Shown here one piece after another: positions 35,009-58,774 of a DNA stretch of 64,000 nucleotides. Both the position numbers and the translations under genes were made by a program. Within the stretch, counting starts at the first letter, position 1, and each line of letters opens with the position of its first letter. The notes below the pieces were generated by a model, which had not been told where the DNA came from, searched no databases, and saw nothing but the letters and a program-made list of their open reading frames with translations. The DNA lies in NCBI RefSeq assembly GCF_009914755.1, contig NC_060937.1; one strand, given 5' to 3'. This stretch comes from the human T2T-CHM13v2.0 reference genome, Homo sapiens.

Positions 35009-35536
35009 CAGTGGTCCCCAACCTTTTTGGCACCAGGGACTGGTTTTGTGGAAGATAATTCTTCCACGGACGGGGCAGGCAGGGTGGTTTGGGAATGATT
35101 CGAGCACTTTACATTTATTGTGCACTTTATTTCTATTATTACTATATCATAATATACAATGAAATAATTATACAACTCACCATAATGTAGAATCAGTGGG
35201 AGCCCTGAGCTTTTTTTCATGCAACTAGATGGTCCCATCTTGGGGTGTTGGAAGACAGTGAGAGATGATCAGGCACTGGATTCTCATAAAGAGTGCACAA
35301 CCTAGATCACTTGTGTGCGCAGTTCCCAGTAGGGTTTGTGCTCCTGTGAGAATCGAATGCTGCCGCTGATCTGACAGGAGGCGGGGCTTAGGCAAGTAAT
35401 GAGAGTGATGGGGAGCAGCTGTAAATACAGATGAAGCTTCACTGGCTTGCCCACGGCTCACCTCCTACTGTGTGGCCCAATTCCTAACAGGCAACACAGA
35501 TCACTACTGATTTGTAGCTCAGGAATTAGGGACCTG
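35009..35536. mobile_element. MER1A (hAT-Charlie non-autonomous DNA transposon)
   Basis: Starts cagtggtccccaacctttttggcaccaggga; 528 bp; 8-bp TSD actgaaca/acctaaca. Confidence 0.9.
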
Positions 35537-35657
35537 ACCTAACACAATGTCCTCCAGGTTCATCCATGTTGTCATAAATGACAGAATTTCCTTCTTTTTA
35601 AAGGCTGAATAGTATTCCATTGTGTATATATACCATGTTTTATCAGTTATCTTTGTG

Positions 35658-35658
<1 letters not shown>

Positions 35659-35696
<38 letters not shown>
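35659..35696. repeat. (TG)19 microsatellite at an Alu tail
   Basis: Read directly. Confidence 0.97.
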
Positions 35697-35700
<4 letters not shown>

Positions 35701-35985
35701 AGAGAGAGGGCCTCACTCTGCTGCCCAGGCTGGAGTGCAGTGGCACTATCACAGCTCATTGCAGGCTCAACCTCCTGGGCTTAAGAGGATCCTCCCACCT
35801 CAGCCTCCCAAGTAGCTGGGACTACAAATGTGCACCACCACACCTGGCTAAGTTTTGAATTTTTCTGTAGAGATGGGGTCTCACTACATTGCTCAGGCTG
35901 GCCTCGATCTTCTGGCTCAAGCCATCCTCCTGCCTCATCTTCCCAAGTGCTGGGATTGCAGGTGTGAGCCACTGCACCCAGTCTC
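35697..35985 (-). mobile_element. AluJ
   Basis: Reverse dimer with J diagnostics. Confidence 0.92.
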
Positions 35986-36323
35986 ATTTATCTGTTGATG
36001 GATACTTAGTTTGATTCCATATCTCAACTACTGTGAATAGTGATGCAATAAAGATGGGAATGCAAATATCTCTTTGACATACTGATTTCATGTCCTGCAG
36101 ATATACCCAGAAGTGGGATTGCTGAATCTATTTTTTATTTTTTTGAGGGGACCTCCATACTGTTTTCCGTAATGGTTGTACTAATTTACATTCCCACAAA
36201 CAAGGATTCCCTGTTCTCCACATTCTCAACAACACCTGTTATCTTTTGTCTTTTTTATAATAACCATCCTAACAGGTTTGAGACGATACCCTGCTGTGGT
36301 TTTAATTTTAATTTCCCTGATGA

Positions 36324-36727
<404 letters not shown>

Positions 36728-38309
36728 CTGTTTTCTTTCTATTGAGTTGTTTAATTCCTTATATATTTTAGAGATATTATTCTTATCAGATCTATGATTT
36801 GCAAATACTTTCTCCCGTGCTGTAGGCTGTCTCAGTCTATTGATTGTGTCCTTTGCTGTGCAGATTTTTAGTTTGATCTAATCCCATTTGTCTATTTTTG
36901 CTTTTGTTGCCTGTGCCCTTGGAGTCATATCCAAAGAAATGCCCAGACCAGTATCATGGAGCTTTTCCCCTGCTTTCTTCTAGTAGTTTTGCAGTTTCAG
37001 GTCTCCGGTTTGTCTTTAGTCCACTTGGAGTTGATTTTGTATATGGTCTGTGCTATGCTCCTGTGGGCCCCAGGCAAGCCCCTCCAGATGCCGTTGTTAT
37101 TTCACTGTTCATCAGCGTCCATCAGCCAAGCTGCCTTAACAAGCAATTTCCCCGAGGGCAGTTAGTCCTGTCTCTGAGAAGAGACTCTGACGTTCAGCGC
37201 TCCCTGCTTTACTGATGCATCACCTCTGCCTCCTACAACTCTGTTAACACGCCTTTGAGCTTCACTGCCCCCTGGAAAGTGCTCAGAATCTCTCCCACAT
37301 TTTCTTGAATGTGTACTTTGAGATTAGGAGCTGTCTCTACACAACAGAGCCTGACCCACAGTGCGGAAGCTTTCAATGACATGACCAGCCCACTGGGTTC
37401 CCAGAGAAGTAGAAATCGATTTTCATATTCCCCTCAAGTTGTCTTTTGTGTTCCCAGAGAGAGAGATGCACAGATTCATTCCATTTTTGCTGTAGAATGA
37501 GTCAGAATATAAACCAATCATTTGAACACAACTGACCAAATTTTCATGTATTAAGCTCAGAAGCCCTCAGTAGATTTAGTAAATGAATGGATTTCTCTGG
37601 CTTCTCATACTTTCCAAATGTGTGTTTCAATTGACTTGGCTTCACAGATTTTACTGACTCGGCAATACAAGGTGGAGAGAGGTCTGGATATTGTTGTCTG
37701 TCTCCTGGAGGCACCTTGATGCTAGATGACCCCATGTGTAAATGTGGGCTGTGATTCGAGGAGTTAGCTGCTGACAGTGCTGTTGAATGAAAATGTTTTG
37801 TAGTATTTTGCTTCTGGAAAAAAATGTTTATGGTGGTATGAAAATCAGCCTGGGCCCATGGGCGTGTATTTTTGCTGAAAAGAAACAATTGAGAATCACT
37901 GATCTAAATAGCGCTGGATTTCTTGAGGCTTAGCACGCAAACACCTTTGTCCTTTGTATTAATCTCAATTGCTTGTCATGTTATCAGAACTACATTCCTT
38001 TTATGTGAAACATCGAGTGACAGATGGCATGGCTCGAAGTCATCATAGAGACATTATAGTTCAATCTCCTCAAGTGACCGCCACAGATCTAATAATGCAC
38101 AGAACTGGGAAGAAAATCAAAGGTTCTGAGGCAGAAATTTCTAAAAGCTTCCAAAGGAGATGTCATTGCTCTGACATTCACAAATGTAGGCAAATTCATG
38201 CCTCTGAGGAGTAAATTGATGCTAGAAGGAATATGATTACATGTAAAAGAACTCCATATGCTATAAAGCACTGTATTAAATGAACGTTATCGTTGCCTCT
38301 TTCGTTATA

Positions 38310-38900
38310 AACATTTATTGAGCATCTGTAATATGCCAGGCACTGTTCTTAGCCATTTAGATTCATCAGGAATCAATTCAAAGTCTGTGAAGCATGAGCT
38401 CTAGTGCAGGACACATAATTTAGAATCGATTTCTAATATAAGATCAGGAGGTGACTACGATACTTTGCTATAGAATAAAGCAAGTCAGTGTGTAGAGAGG
38501 GACAGGTGCTGCTATTTTACATGATGTGGTCAGGGAAGGCCTCGCCAAGAAGGCAACACTGGAGCGGAGGACTGAGTGGTGGGAAGCAGTGAGCCATGAG
38601 GAGACCCAAAGGGATAGGGGAAAGAAGGGGAAAGACATGAACATGGTGTGCTCAGCATACAGCTGTGGCTTCCAGCCATGGGCTGGGACGAGGGTACCTA
38701 GAGAGAGAAGGTTGAGAGGATCTGGACAGATAAGAGAGGAAGGGCACTCCCAGGACACTCCATCACTCAGACAGTGCAAAGAGAAGAAAAGCCATCAATG
38801 GAAGTCAAGAAGTAGCAACAGGTCAGGTGGGGGCAAAACCTGGAGTCAGATGGGAGATGTTCCTGAAGTCAAGTAAAGAAGCTGTCTCAGAAGGAGACGA
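38310..38900 (-). mobile_element. L2 fragments
   Basis: aaacatttattgagcatct..atgccaggcactgttct; gtggtcagggaaggcctc. Confidence 0.7.
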
Positions 38901-39157
38901 GCAAGTGCTTATCCACATAGCAACAAACATTACCATTAGATCCTCACCTTCCCTGACACTCAAAACAGGGCCCCCTTGGATGAAAAACCTAACTGTAAAG
39001 GGCAAAACAAAAAACAACTTTTTGAAGGAAATATAGAGGCAGATATTTTTGTGACCTCAACGAATGAAAGCGTGTCTTTAAAAAGACATAAATAGCTCAT
39101 ACCACAAAGGAGGAAAAGTAATACATTTTAAAATTCTGCTCAACCAAAAACACCATT

Positions 39158-40147
<990 letters not shown>

Positions 40148-41307
40148 TATACTCAAAAACAATGAGAAGTGCTACTAAAAACAACAGATATAGGAAACAA
40201 TAGAGATAGGATATTAAAGAAAGGAGTGCATTACACATACATACGTAGAAAAAGCATTATCCTCCTAACAGCATTAAGGGTTTGAAATTACATATTGGTA
40301 GCCTGATTCTTTTATTTTTAATGCCTAATCCACTGTCCTTAGATCTAGCTTGGAAGTAAGTAGCCTCTTCTTTTACATCAAGAGCCTCTACTTTATACAA
40401 ATCATTCTACATTCTCCAAATCAATTTTGAGGCACTAGAAATATTTTGCTGGTTCTATGGTATTTCAAAAGGATTTTCTTATTATTGTTCCCATACTTTG
40501 CTCTTTTATCTATGTTGCTTCCAATTTCATCTGACTAGAATGTGTTCCAGTGTCCTAAAGTAAAACAAGGTCAGTCCACACAAAGTTTTTGTTCTAAAAA
40601 TTTCTACTCTTGTTCTATTGTGGGAGGGGGAGTTGCAAGTGTGGAGATCTGTGACCTGGTGTTTTTTTTGTTTTTTTTTTTTCTGATCTTGTTTTTATGT
40701 CATAGGTCAGGAACTCTAGCATTTTTCTGCCTCTGAGCCAGAGAGAAGAAAGAAAAATGTAACATGAGTTTGGTGCAAACTGCCTCCAGTGAGGGACAGG
40801 GTCATTTCTTGACCCCAAAGTGTATCGGGTCATATTCCTTCAAAGTGTCCTCTGGTCGTCACTGCTTTGAAATAGAGAAGAGATAACCATGGACAGGTCT
40901 GAGGGTGGTGGTGACGTTCGGCAGCAGAGCGGAGGGAGGTGGGAGCAGAATTCCAAGCAGAAAACCTGGACTGGCCACCCGTGCTGCAGCCTGCACCCAG
41001 CAGGGCCAAGGCACTTCTGTGTGAATTCAGGTTAATTGCTGCTAAAATTATACTGGATTTTTTTTCACTTTATTGTCATAAGAAAAAAATCTAGGAAATT
41101 CTGTAATTAACTGCTCAGTGGAAGAAATACAATTAGGAAGGCTTTAGCGCTTGTCCGAAGCCAGCCCTGTGAAAGTGAATTCTCTTTCCTTGAAGACTCA
41201 GGCCTGCCCCGTTTTGGAGCTGATGTTTATGAGCGCATGTGTGCATCTGTGTATCTTTCCTCACTTCCAACACCATCACCACCAATTCAGGCAAAAACTT
41301 GTTGTGA

Positions 41308-41585
41308 GGCCAGACATCGTGGCTCATGCCTATAATCCCCGTAGCTTAGGAGGCTGAGGTGAGAGGATCACTTGAGGCCAAGAGTTCAAGACCAGCCTGG
41401 GCAACATAGCAAGACCCTGTATCTACAAAAAAATTTAAAAATGAGCCAGGTGTGGTGGCTACTTTGGGAGGCTGAGGTGGGAGGAGTTCGAGGCTGCAGT
41501 GAGCTATGATTGCACCACTATACTCCAGCCTGGGTAACAGAGTGAGACCCCATCTCAAAAACATTTTTTAATTAAAAAAAAAAAA
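41308..41585 (+). mobile_element. AluJ with internal deletions
   Basis: Both arms recognisable. Confidence 0.88.
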
Positions 41586-41587
41586 GT

Positions 41588-42612
<1,025 letters not shown>

Positions 42613-42834
42613 CATAGGTCCCAAACATTCGGTCCCACCAAGTAACAGCTTTTCCTCTCTCCTCCCCATTCACCAGCCCATGAATGGGCTTCTGTTTGGA
42701 GCTGTCCTAAACCCATCCCTTAATGAAGAGCCAATAAACGTTTTCTGTAGACAGTAAATATTTTAGGCTCTGAATGCCAAGAGGCAAGAGAAGAATGTTC
42801 TGTCAGCATTTCTGTGAGCATTTAGAATGGTTAC

Positions 42835-43655
42835 CTGCGTATTCTTGTGCTCCCATGTTCGTTACAGCACTATTTACAATAGCCGGAGGTGCAAACACTC
42901 TAAGTGTCCATCAACAGATGGATGAGAAGAGCAAAAAGCGGTAGAGGCATACTATGGAATAGTATTCAGCCTTAAAAAGGAAGGAAAGGAAATTCTGCCA
43001 GGTGCAGTGGCTCACACCTGTAATCCCAGCACTTGGGGAGGCTGAGGTGGATGGATCACCTGATGTTGGGAGTTTGAGACCAGCCTGACCAATAGAGTGA
43101 AACCCCATCTCTACTAAAAATACAAAAATTAACTGGGCTGTGGTGGTGCACACCTGTAATCCCAGCTACTCAGGAGGCTGAGGAGGGAAAATCGTTTGAA
43201 CCTGGGAGGCGGAGTTTGCAGTGAGCCCACATTGCACCACCACACTCCAGCCTGGGAGACAGAGTGAGACCCTGTCTCAAAAAAAAGTAAAGAAATTCTG
43301 GCACACGCCACCATATGGATGAACCTTGAAAACATTAAGCAAAATGTTTGACTAAGCAAAGTGAAAAAAGCCAGACACAAAAGAACAAATACTGGGTAAT
43401 TCCACTTATATGAGGTTCCTAGAATAGGCAAATTGTAGAGACAGAAAGTAGAATAGTGGTTAGCAAGGGCCAGGTAGAGAAGGAATTATTGTTTAATGGG
43501 TACAGAGTCTTAGTTTGGGATGATGAAAAAGTTCTGGAAATAGTGGTGATGGTTGCACAACATTATGAATGTACTTAATGCCACTAAACGGTACACTTTG
43601 AAATGGTCAAAATGGTAAATTTTATGTTATGTATAGTTTACCACAATAAAAAAAT
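42835..43655 (+). mobile_element. L1MB-type 3' fragment containing an AluS at 42997-43286
   Basis: aagtgtccatcaacagatg; gtacttaatgccact; aaattttatgttatg..ccacaataaaaaaa. Confidence 0.85.
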
Positions 43656-43696
43656 GCTATTTGTAAGAGTGTATCCATTAAAAAAATATAAAACCA

Positions 43697-43936
<240 letters not shown>

Positions 43937-44969
43937 TCAGTTTGTCACCCCTGCCCTAAATAGGGACTTAATTTTCCTTTAGCAAAGACTGAGAGAACTT
44001 CCTCAAAACAGAACACCCATGACTGCAACACTGTCGTCGAGCATTGTAACAACTGTAACTACTGACTGGAATGACCTCTCACTTTGCCCCTTCTAGCTTG
44101 CATGCTTTGGGTATTAAATCAAGCCTGAATTTCTTAGCTTCCCCAGACCTTCTTGGTTGTTCACTTCTGGGGATAACCCTGCACCTGGGTGGTTGCCCAA
44201 CAGCAGGACTTCTGGGCCTGTTTTGTCTCTTTCCCCATTAGCTTGCAAGGGTGAGGTCTCTGTGTGCATTGGGGCCTAATCCATGGAGGCTATGCATGGA
44301 GATGGTTGAAGGCTTTGCTGGGGAAATGACTCATTCAAGGAAGATACAAACAAGTTAAAGAATATGATTTTGGTTTGATTGTAACAGAATAACCACTTAA
44401 TACCTGAAATAAGGAAACAAAGCTGAATGTATTGTTTCCCACAGGAAGGGAGAGCTATGCTGGTTACGCTCCATCTCTCTGAGCAGAGTATTAACTTATA
44501 TAGGGTTTTGGAGGGTGTGGAGCTCAGGAGTTGGAGGCCTTCCAGAGGCATAAGTTGGGTGGCAGCCTCCCTGGAAGGGTGGTTGCTGCCTGAGCTATTG
44601 TTGATTGGTTGGCTCCCACAGATGTGTTTAAGTGAGCCAGTCACATCAGAAGATGATTGGTTAGCTTGTGAAAGGTAACCAAGTCCTCACGGATGGATTG
44701 AACAGATGGGAAACTGGTTCTGGTGGCTGCTTGTTACCATGGCTAGGGACTAATCCATTTTTTTTATTATACTTTAAGTTCTAGGGTACATGTGCACAAC
44801 GTGCAGGTTTGATATGTAGGTATACACGTGCCATATTGGTTTGCTGCACCCATCAACTTGTCATTTACATTAGGTATTTCTCCTAATGCTATCCCTCCCT
44901 CTGCCCCCCACCTTCTGACAGGCCCTGGTGTGTGATGTTCCCTGCCCTGTGTCCAAGTGATCTCATTGT

Positions 44970-49181
<4,212 letters not shown>

Positions 49182-49244
49182 TATGATGTTAGCTGGTTAT
49201 TTTGCCCATTAATTGATGCAGTTTCTTCACAGCATTGATGGTCT

Positions 49245-50594
<1,350 letters not shown>

Positions 50595-51700
50595 CTTTGT
50601 GGTTTTATCTACCTTTGGTCTTTGGTGTTGGTGACCTACACATGGGGTTTTGGTGTGGATGTCTTTTTTGTTAATGTTGATGCTATTGCTTTCTGTTTGT
50701 TAGTTTTTCTTCTAACAGTCAGGTCCCTCAGCTACAGGTCTATTGGAGTTTGCTGGAGATCCACTCCAGACCCTGTTTGCCTGGGTATCACCAGTGGAGG
50801 CTGCAGAACAGCAAATATTTCAGAACAGCAAATATTGCTGCCTGATCCTTCTTCTGGAAGCTTCGTCCCAGAGGGGCACCCACCTGTCGGCTCCTACTGG
50901 GAGGTGTCTCCGAGTCAGGATACACGGGGGTCAGGGACCCACTTGAGGAGGCAGTCTGTCCGTTCTCAAACGCTGTGTTGGGGAGAACCACTGCTCTCTT
51001 CAGAGCTGTCAGACAGGGATGTTTAAGTCTACAGAAGTTGTCTACTGCCTTTTGTTCAGCTAAGCCCTGACCACAGAGGTGGAGTCTAGAGGCAGTAGGC
51101 CTTATTGAGCTGTGGTGGGCTGCACCCAGTTTGAGCTTCCCGGTCGCTTTGTTTACCTACTCAAGCCTCAGCAATGGCAGACGCCCTCCCCGAGCCAGGC
51201 TGCAACCTCGCTGTTCAATCTCAGACTGCCGCTCTAGCAGTGAGCAAGGCTCCATGGACGTGGGACCCGCCCAGCCAGGCACGGGAGAGAATCTCCTTGT
51301 CTGCCGGTTGCTAAGACCTTGGGAAATGCACAGTATTTGGGTGGGAGTGTCTCGTTTTTCCAGGTACAGTCTGTCACAGCTTCCCTTGGCTAGGAAAGGG
51401 AAATTCCCCGACCGCTTGCGCTTCCTGGGTGAGGCGACACACCGCCCTGCTTCAGCTCGCCCTCCGTGGGCTGTACCCACTGTCCAACCAGTCCCAGTGA
51501 GATGAACCAGGTACCTCAGTTGGAAATGCAGAAATCACCCATCTTCTGCGTCAATCACACTGGGAGCTCCAGACCGGAGCTGTTCCTATTTGGCCATCTT
51601 GGAAAGGATCTCAGGAATAATCCATTTTTTAATGGCTTGTGGGAACTTTTAAACCCTGATATAATCTGTGTAGCTGTCTCACTAGCCATCAAAAATCTGT

Positions 51701-52712
51701 CTTTTCTTTTTCGTGGGGACTTGGAGGTGATCAGCTGCTTCAAGATGAAGCTGATCTTCCCAGCCACAGGCTGCCAGGAGCTCATTGAAGTGGATGATGA
51801 ACACGAACTTTGGACCAATTTTGAGAAGTGTATTCTGATGCTCTGGGTGAAAAGAACAGAAGGGTTATGTGGTCCAAGACAGTGAGGGGAACAACAAGCA
51901 AGTCTCCCCCAAGAAGCAAGATGTCCTGACCATGGCCGTGCCCATGTGCCATTGCGTAAGGGGCATTCTTGTTAGAGACCAAGGAGAACTGGAGAAAGGA
52001 GGCACAAGTCTGCTGGGTGTGGTGGCTCTTGCCTGTGATCCCAGCTACTAGGGAAACTGAGGTAAGAGGATTGCTTGAACCCAGGAGTTCAAGGCTGCAA
52101 TGAGCTGTGATCACACTACTGCACTCTATCTTGGGTGACAGAGTGAGACCTTTTATCTTAAAAAAATTTTTAAAGAAAATTCAAGTCTGTTCTGGATTGC
52201 ACTACGGATGCCAATCTGAGTGTTCTCAATTTAACTATCAGCTAAAAAGGAAAGAAGAATATTCCTGGACTGACTGATGCTACTGGGCCTCTATCCTGGG
52301 GCTCAGAACAGATAGCAGAATCCACAAACATTTCCATCTTCCTTAAGAAGATCATGAACACCAGTGTTTTGTGAGAAAGCCCCTAAACAAAGAAAGTAAG
52401 AGACCTGGGAGTAAAGCACCCAAGATTCAGTCTTGTTATTCCATGTGTCCAGCAACACAAATGTACGTCTATTGCTCTGAAAAAACAGCATATTTAGGAA
52501 AATAAGAGGTTGCAGAGCAGAACATGCTGAACTTTTGGTCAAGAGAATGCAGGAGGTCAAACAAATTGCCAAGAACAGATAGCCAAGAGACAGAGCTGTC
52601 CTCTTTGATAAATTCTACCTCCAAGTTTAAGTCTTGTCAAAACAAACAAACAAAAAAGAGATTTTTCTAAGAATAACAAACAATAAAATCACACATCAAG
52701 AAACAAAACAAA
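51701..52712 (+). pseudogene. RPS6: Processed 40S ribosomal protein S6 pseudogene (decayed, intronless)
   Basis: Pyrimidine 5'TOP-like start; cagctgcttcaagATGAAGCTG with ATG at 51745; MKLIFPATGCQELIEVDDE matches RPS6 [21 protein letters not shown]; later DANLSVLN, IPGLTD, RKPLNKE, KAPKIQ; A-rich end; frameshifts and stops. Confidence 0.93.
52013..52181 (+). mobile_element. FRAM / AluJ right-arm monomer inside the RPS6 pseudogene
   Basis: Single right monomer; TSD caagtctg at 52005-52012 and 52182-52189. Confidence 0.88.
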
Positions 52713-52734
52713 CCCCAGCCTGCCTTATTCTTCA

Positions 52735-53230
52735 GGGCAAAGACTCCCAATTGCCTACCTAATATCCATTCTCTCCTTCTTCCTTTCTAAAAGAACCATG
52801 TTTTTGCTCAGGATCGCAAGGCTCCTGACAACTGCATTTCCCAATCGTGCATGTTGGGTTCAGCATGTGACTCAGTTCCAACCAATGAGGTGTGAGTAGA
52901 ATCATTGGGTGCCACCCCAGGAAAGCTTCTTAAAAGGAGATCAGGGCAGTTGGCATGCCCCTTTCCTCCTCCCTGCCTGGAAGGGGTCCCAATGTCTGGG
53001 GGGCAGAAGCCATCTTGGATTCATGAGACCCAAGGCCACACCCCAGTGATGGCAGAGTGAAAGAGAGCAAGATCCTGAATTAGGTGGAGCTGTTGCATCA
53101 GCTCTGGGCTGCCTGCCTCCTGACTTGTATTTGGATGGACTATTGTGAGTTGAATTTTCTGTTAAGTGCACCTATTGCCAACCCACAAACCTGCCCTTTG
53201 GTTTTCATTATCTCTGCATGTCCCAATCAT
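52735..53230 (+). mobile_element. MLT1J-like MaLR LTR
   Basis: aatatccattctctccttcttcc; actgcatttccca; catgtgactcagttc..ccaatgag; agccatcttg. Confidence 0.7.
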
Positions 53231-53574
53231 ATCAATGGCTCCCATTGTGTGTTCATTGTATAGCAGGGGACTCAGCGCACCACACAACGTAATATATTGT
53301 TAAGACGCATTTATTGACTGTGTGATTCCCAGGTCAGGTTTTATGTTCCTCCTGATATGAGGCAGTGAGAAGTACAAACCATCACCTACAAAGTATATTT
53401 GATCTGAATCCAAACATGAAGCAACTATTATACGAATTCAGCATGGAGCGGGGGACAATCTAGTAAACTCACCTGAACCCCAAAAGTTCCATGTGACCAA
53501 AAAAACCCAAGAAGGTAGTAGTAAGGGGGTACTATTCTAGATTAAAAGAGGCTAAAGAAAAATAATTAATGAGT

Positions 53575-54242
<668 letters not shown>

Positions 54243-54893
54243 TTAAAATTTAAAAGGAAACATAACAATTAAACGCAATATGTGTACCTCAGATGGATCC
54301 TGCATCAAAAAACAAAAGCCATCAGTATCACCCAGGATACCCAGATTCACCTGCCAGAATCCCAGAGGCATCCACGGTGCCTGCATGGTGTGGAAAAGGC
54401 TCTTCTCAATGGATGCCTCCCCCATTCAGAATCCCACGCAGACCCCTCCGATCAAGGGAGAAACCTGGAGGGTAGTTGACTCCACAAAGTACTTTACATA
54501 GCTGGGCTATAGAAAGAAATCCGGAAGTCTCTTTACCATTCCAAGGATCTCCACAGCCACAGAAGCTTAAGAAGATTCTTAAATCTCCCAGGGTTGCTTC
54601 TGCGGGAATTGACGGACCATGGTAAGGAACACCTGGTAATCCTGCCACAAGCCTCTGAAGCCCGCAGGGGTGCTCCTGGCAGGTGAGAGTCTGGGGTGCC
54701 TCGCTGGGTGTGCAGCAAAACTCAGCACTGCTGCCACTTGTTGGAACACAGCCAGCGTGGAGCTAGGGCAAGAGAAAGGGGCATGCTTGTGGAACAGCAA
54801 ACAGCGAATGCGAAGTTACCTCTCATGAGTGGAGACAGCTGGGTATCCCACCTGTGTAGAAACTGGATGTGAGACCATGCAAGGCTAGATGGT

Positions 54894-54906
54894 CCACTAG
54901 GGGGAG
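54894..54906 (+). promoter_or_regulatory. Candidate CTCF motif
   Basis: ccactagggggag resembles the CCASYAGRKGGCR core and lies in locally CpG-richer unique DNA. Confidence 0.35.
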
Positions 54907-54994
54907 GTAGAGTCCCGCGGTGAAGGGCACGAGATCCCGGACGGAGAGCCCGGTTCTACCTCGGCTTCTGCACTTGGCAGGTGGGTGACCGGAG

Positions 54995-55132
54995 GCTGGA
55001 CACAACCCCTCTGAGCTTCAGGTTTCTCATCGTAAAATGGAGGTGATAACAGGCTCTACAACACAGGTGTGCTGCGGATCACACACGTGCCTGGCATGCT
55101 GAACACACTCCATATTAGCTGTTATATTATCA
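54995..55132 (+). mobile_element. MIR fragment
   Basis: ctctgagcttcaggtttctcatcgtaaaatgg..ataa; gtgcctggcat. Confidence 0.65.
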
Positions 55133-55348
55133 TCTGCTGGAATCAATTCTTTATTCCCGGGACCACCAGAGGGGCAGACCGTCCCTGTTCATATACACCT
55201 GTAGTGGGTGTGCAGCAGGGCCGACGAAGACAGTTGCACATCAGAACTCACTAAGCAAAGCCTGGAAAATGCTGCTCACCCAAGGTGGGAGGATGAAGGC
55301 ATGTGACACATCAGGCTCAGGGCGCCCACCCATGTCCTCCAGCTCTAA

Positions 55349-56140
<792 letters not shown>

Positions 56141-56149
56141 TAGTTCCTT

Positions 56150-56590
56150 TCTAAAAATATGTGACTGTGGGCAAATCCACATCAGGTAAAACGTCCCGCC
56201 TTAGCCATTTCTCAGTGTGCAGTCACACGCATTCAATGCATTCACACTGTTGTGCAGCCACCACCACCACCATCCGCGGAACATTTTCCATCCTGCAGAA
56301 CTGAAGCTCTGGACCCACCGAACAACAACTGCCCATTCCCTCCTCCTTCAGGCCTGGCAACCACCACTCTCCTTCCCCTCTCCAGGCATCTGCCTATTCT
56401 GGGCACCTCATATAAGTGGAATCACTCGGTATTTGTCCTTCTGAGACTGGCGTATTTCCCTTAGCAGATGATCTTCCAGGTTCTTCCATGTTAGAGCACA
56501 GGTCAGGATTTCCTTCCTTTTCAAGGCCAATATTCCATTGTATGTTTCTGCTGCATTTTGCTTATTTATTCATCTGTTGATAGACACTTG
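56150..56590 (-). mobile_element. L1MB-type 3' fragment
   Basis: cattcacactgttgtgcagcca; tgcctattctgggcacctcatataagtggaatca. Confidence 0.8.
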
Positions 56591-56784
56591 TAATCGTTGG
56601 TCAGTTCCTTTTGAACCAGGAGACCCATTAAGGATTTTCTGATATTTCTCCAATATGGCAAGGGCCTAGGAGAATACGAAATGATTTGCAGAAGGCAAAG
56701 GAAAGAAATTCAGCCAATATACAGACTCATGTGCCTGCACAGTCCCTAAATGTCACTCATACAGTGAGGGATGGCTTTGTGCGT

Positions 56785-57675
<891 letters not shown>

Positions 57676-57679
57676 ATCC

Positions 57680-58018
57680 TGCTATGGTCTGAATGTGTAC
57701 CCCCGTATTCATGGGCTGGAAACTTAATCCCCAATGCAACAGTGTCGGGAGGTGGGGCATTTTGGGAAGTGTTTAGGTCACGTGGGCTCCACCCCCATGA
57801 ATGGATTGATGCCTCTATGCAAAGGGCTTGTGGGAAGGGGTTCACTCTCTCCCACTCTTCTGCCAAGTGAGGACACAGCAAGAAAGCCCTCACCAGAAGC
57901 CAGTGCCTCTGTCTTGGGCCTCCCAGCCTCCCTAACAATGAGAAATGCATTTCTGATCTTTATAAATTACCCAGTCTCAGGTATCCTGTTTTATAGCAGC
58001 ACAAAATGGGCTAAGACA
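57680..58018 (+). mobile_element. MST (MSTB/D-like) MaLR LTR
   Basis: tgctatggtctgaatgtg..aaacttaatccccaatgcaacagtg ... ataaattacccagtctcagg..ctaagaca. Confidence 0.88.
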
Positions 58019-58321
58019 GCCACCTAGCCACTATCTCAAACCTCTAATGCCCTTGCCAGGTCCTGGGTTTAGCCCCAGACCCCTCATTCTAGGAAGAATG
58101 AGCTGGTCTTTCGTTTCATCCAGAAAATTGAAGCTGTTATAGGTGACCTCAAACATCGTCCTACCCCCACCACAATCTACAAACATTTCTGCAGCCAATT
58201 TCCTTTTGGTCAGCCTCAGAGGATAAAACATTTTTTTCCTCTTCAATTCCAAAACTTCCACAGGTCCTTTTGACTCCACCCCATTCCCATGTCCTGTGGA
58301 GCCCAGCTCTGAGCTCTCTGA

Positions 58322-58774
<453 letters not shown>

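Noticed and set aside
54530-54690. Splice-like signals on both strands
   Set aside because: Weak and mutually conflicting; cannot be supported from sequence alone.
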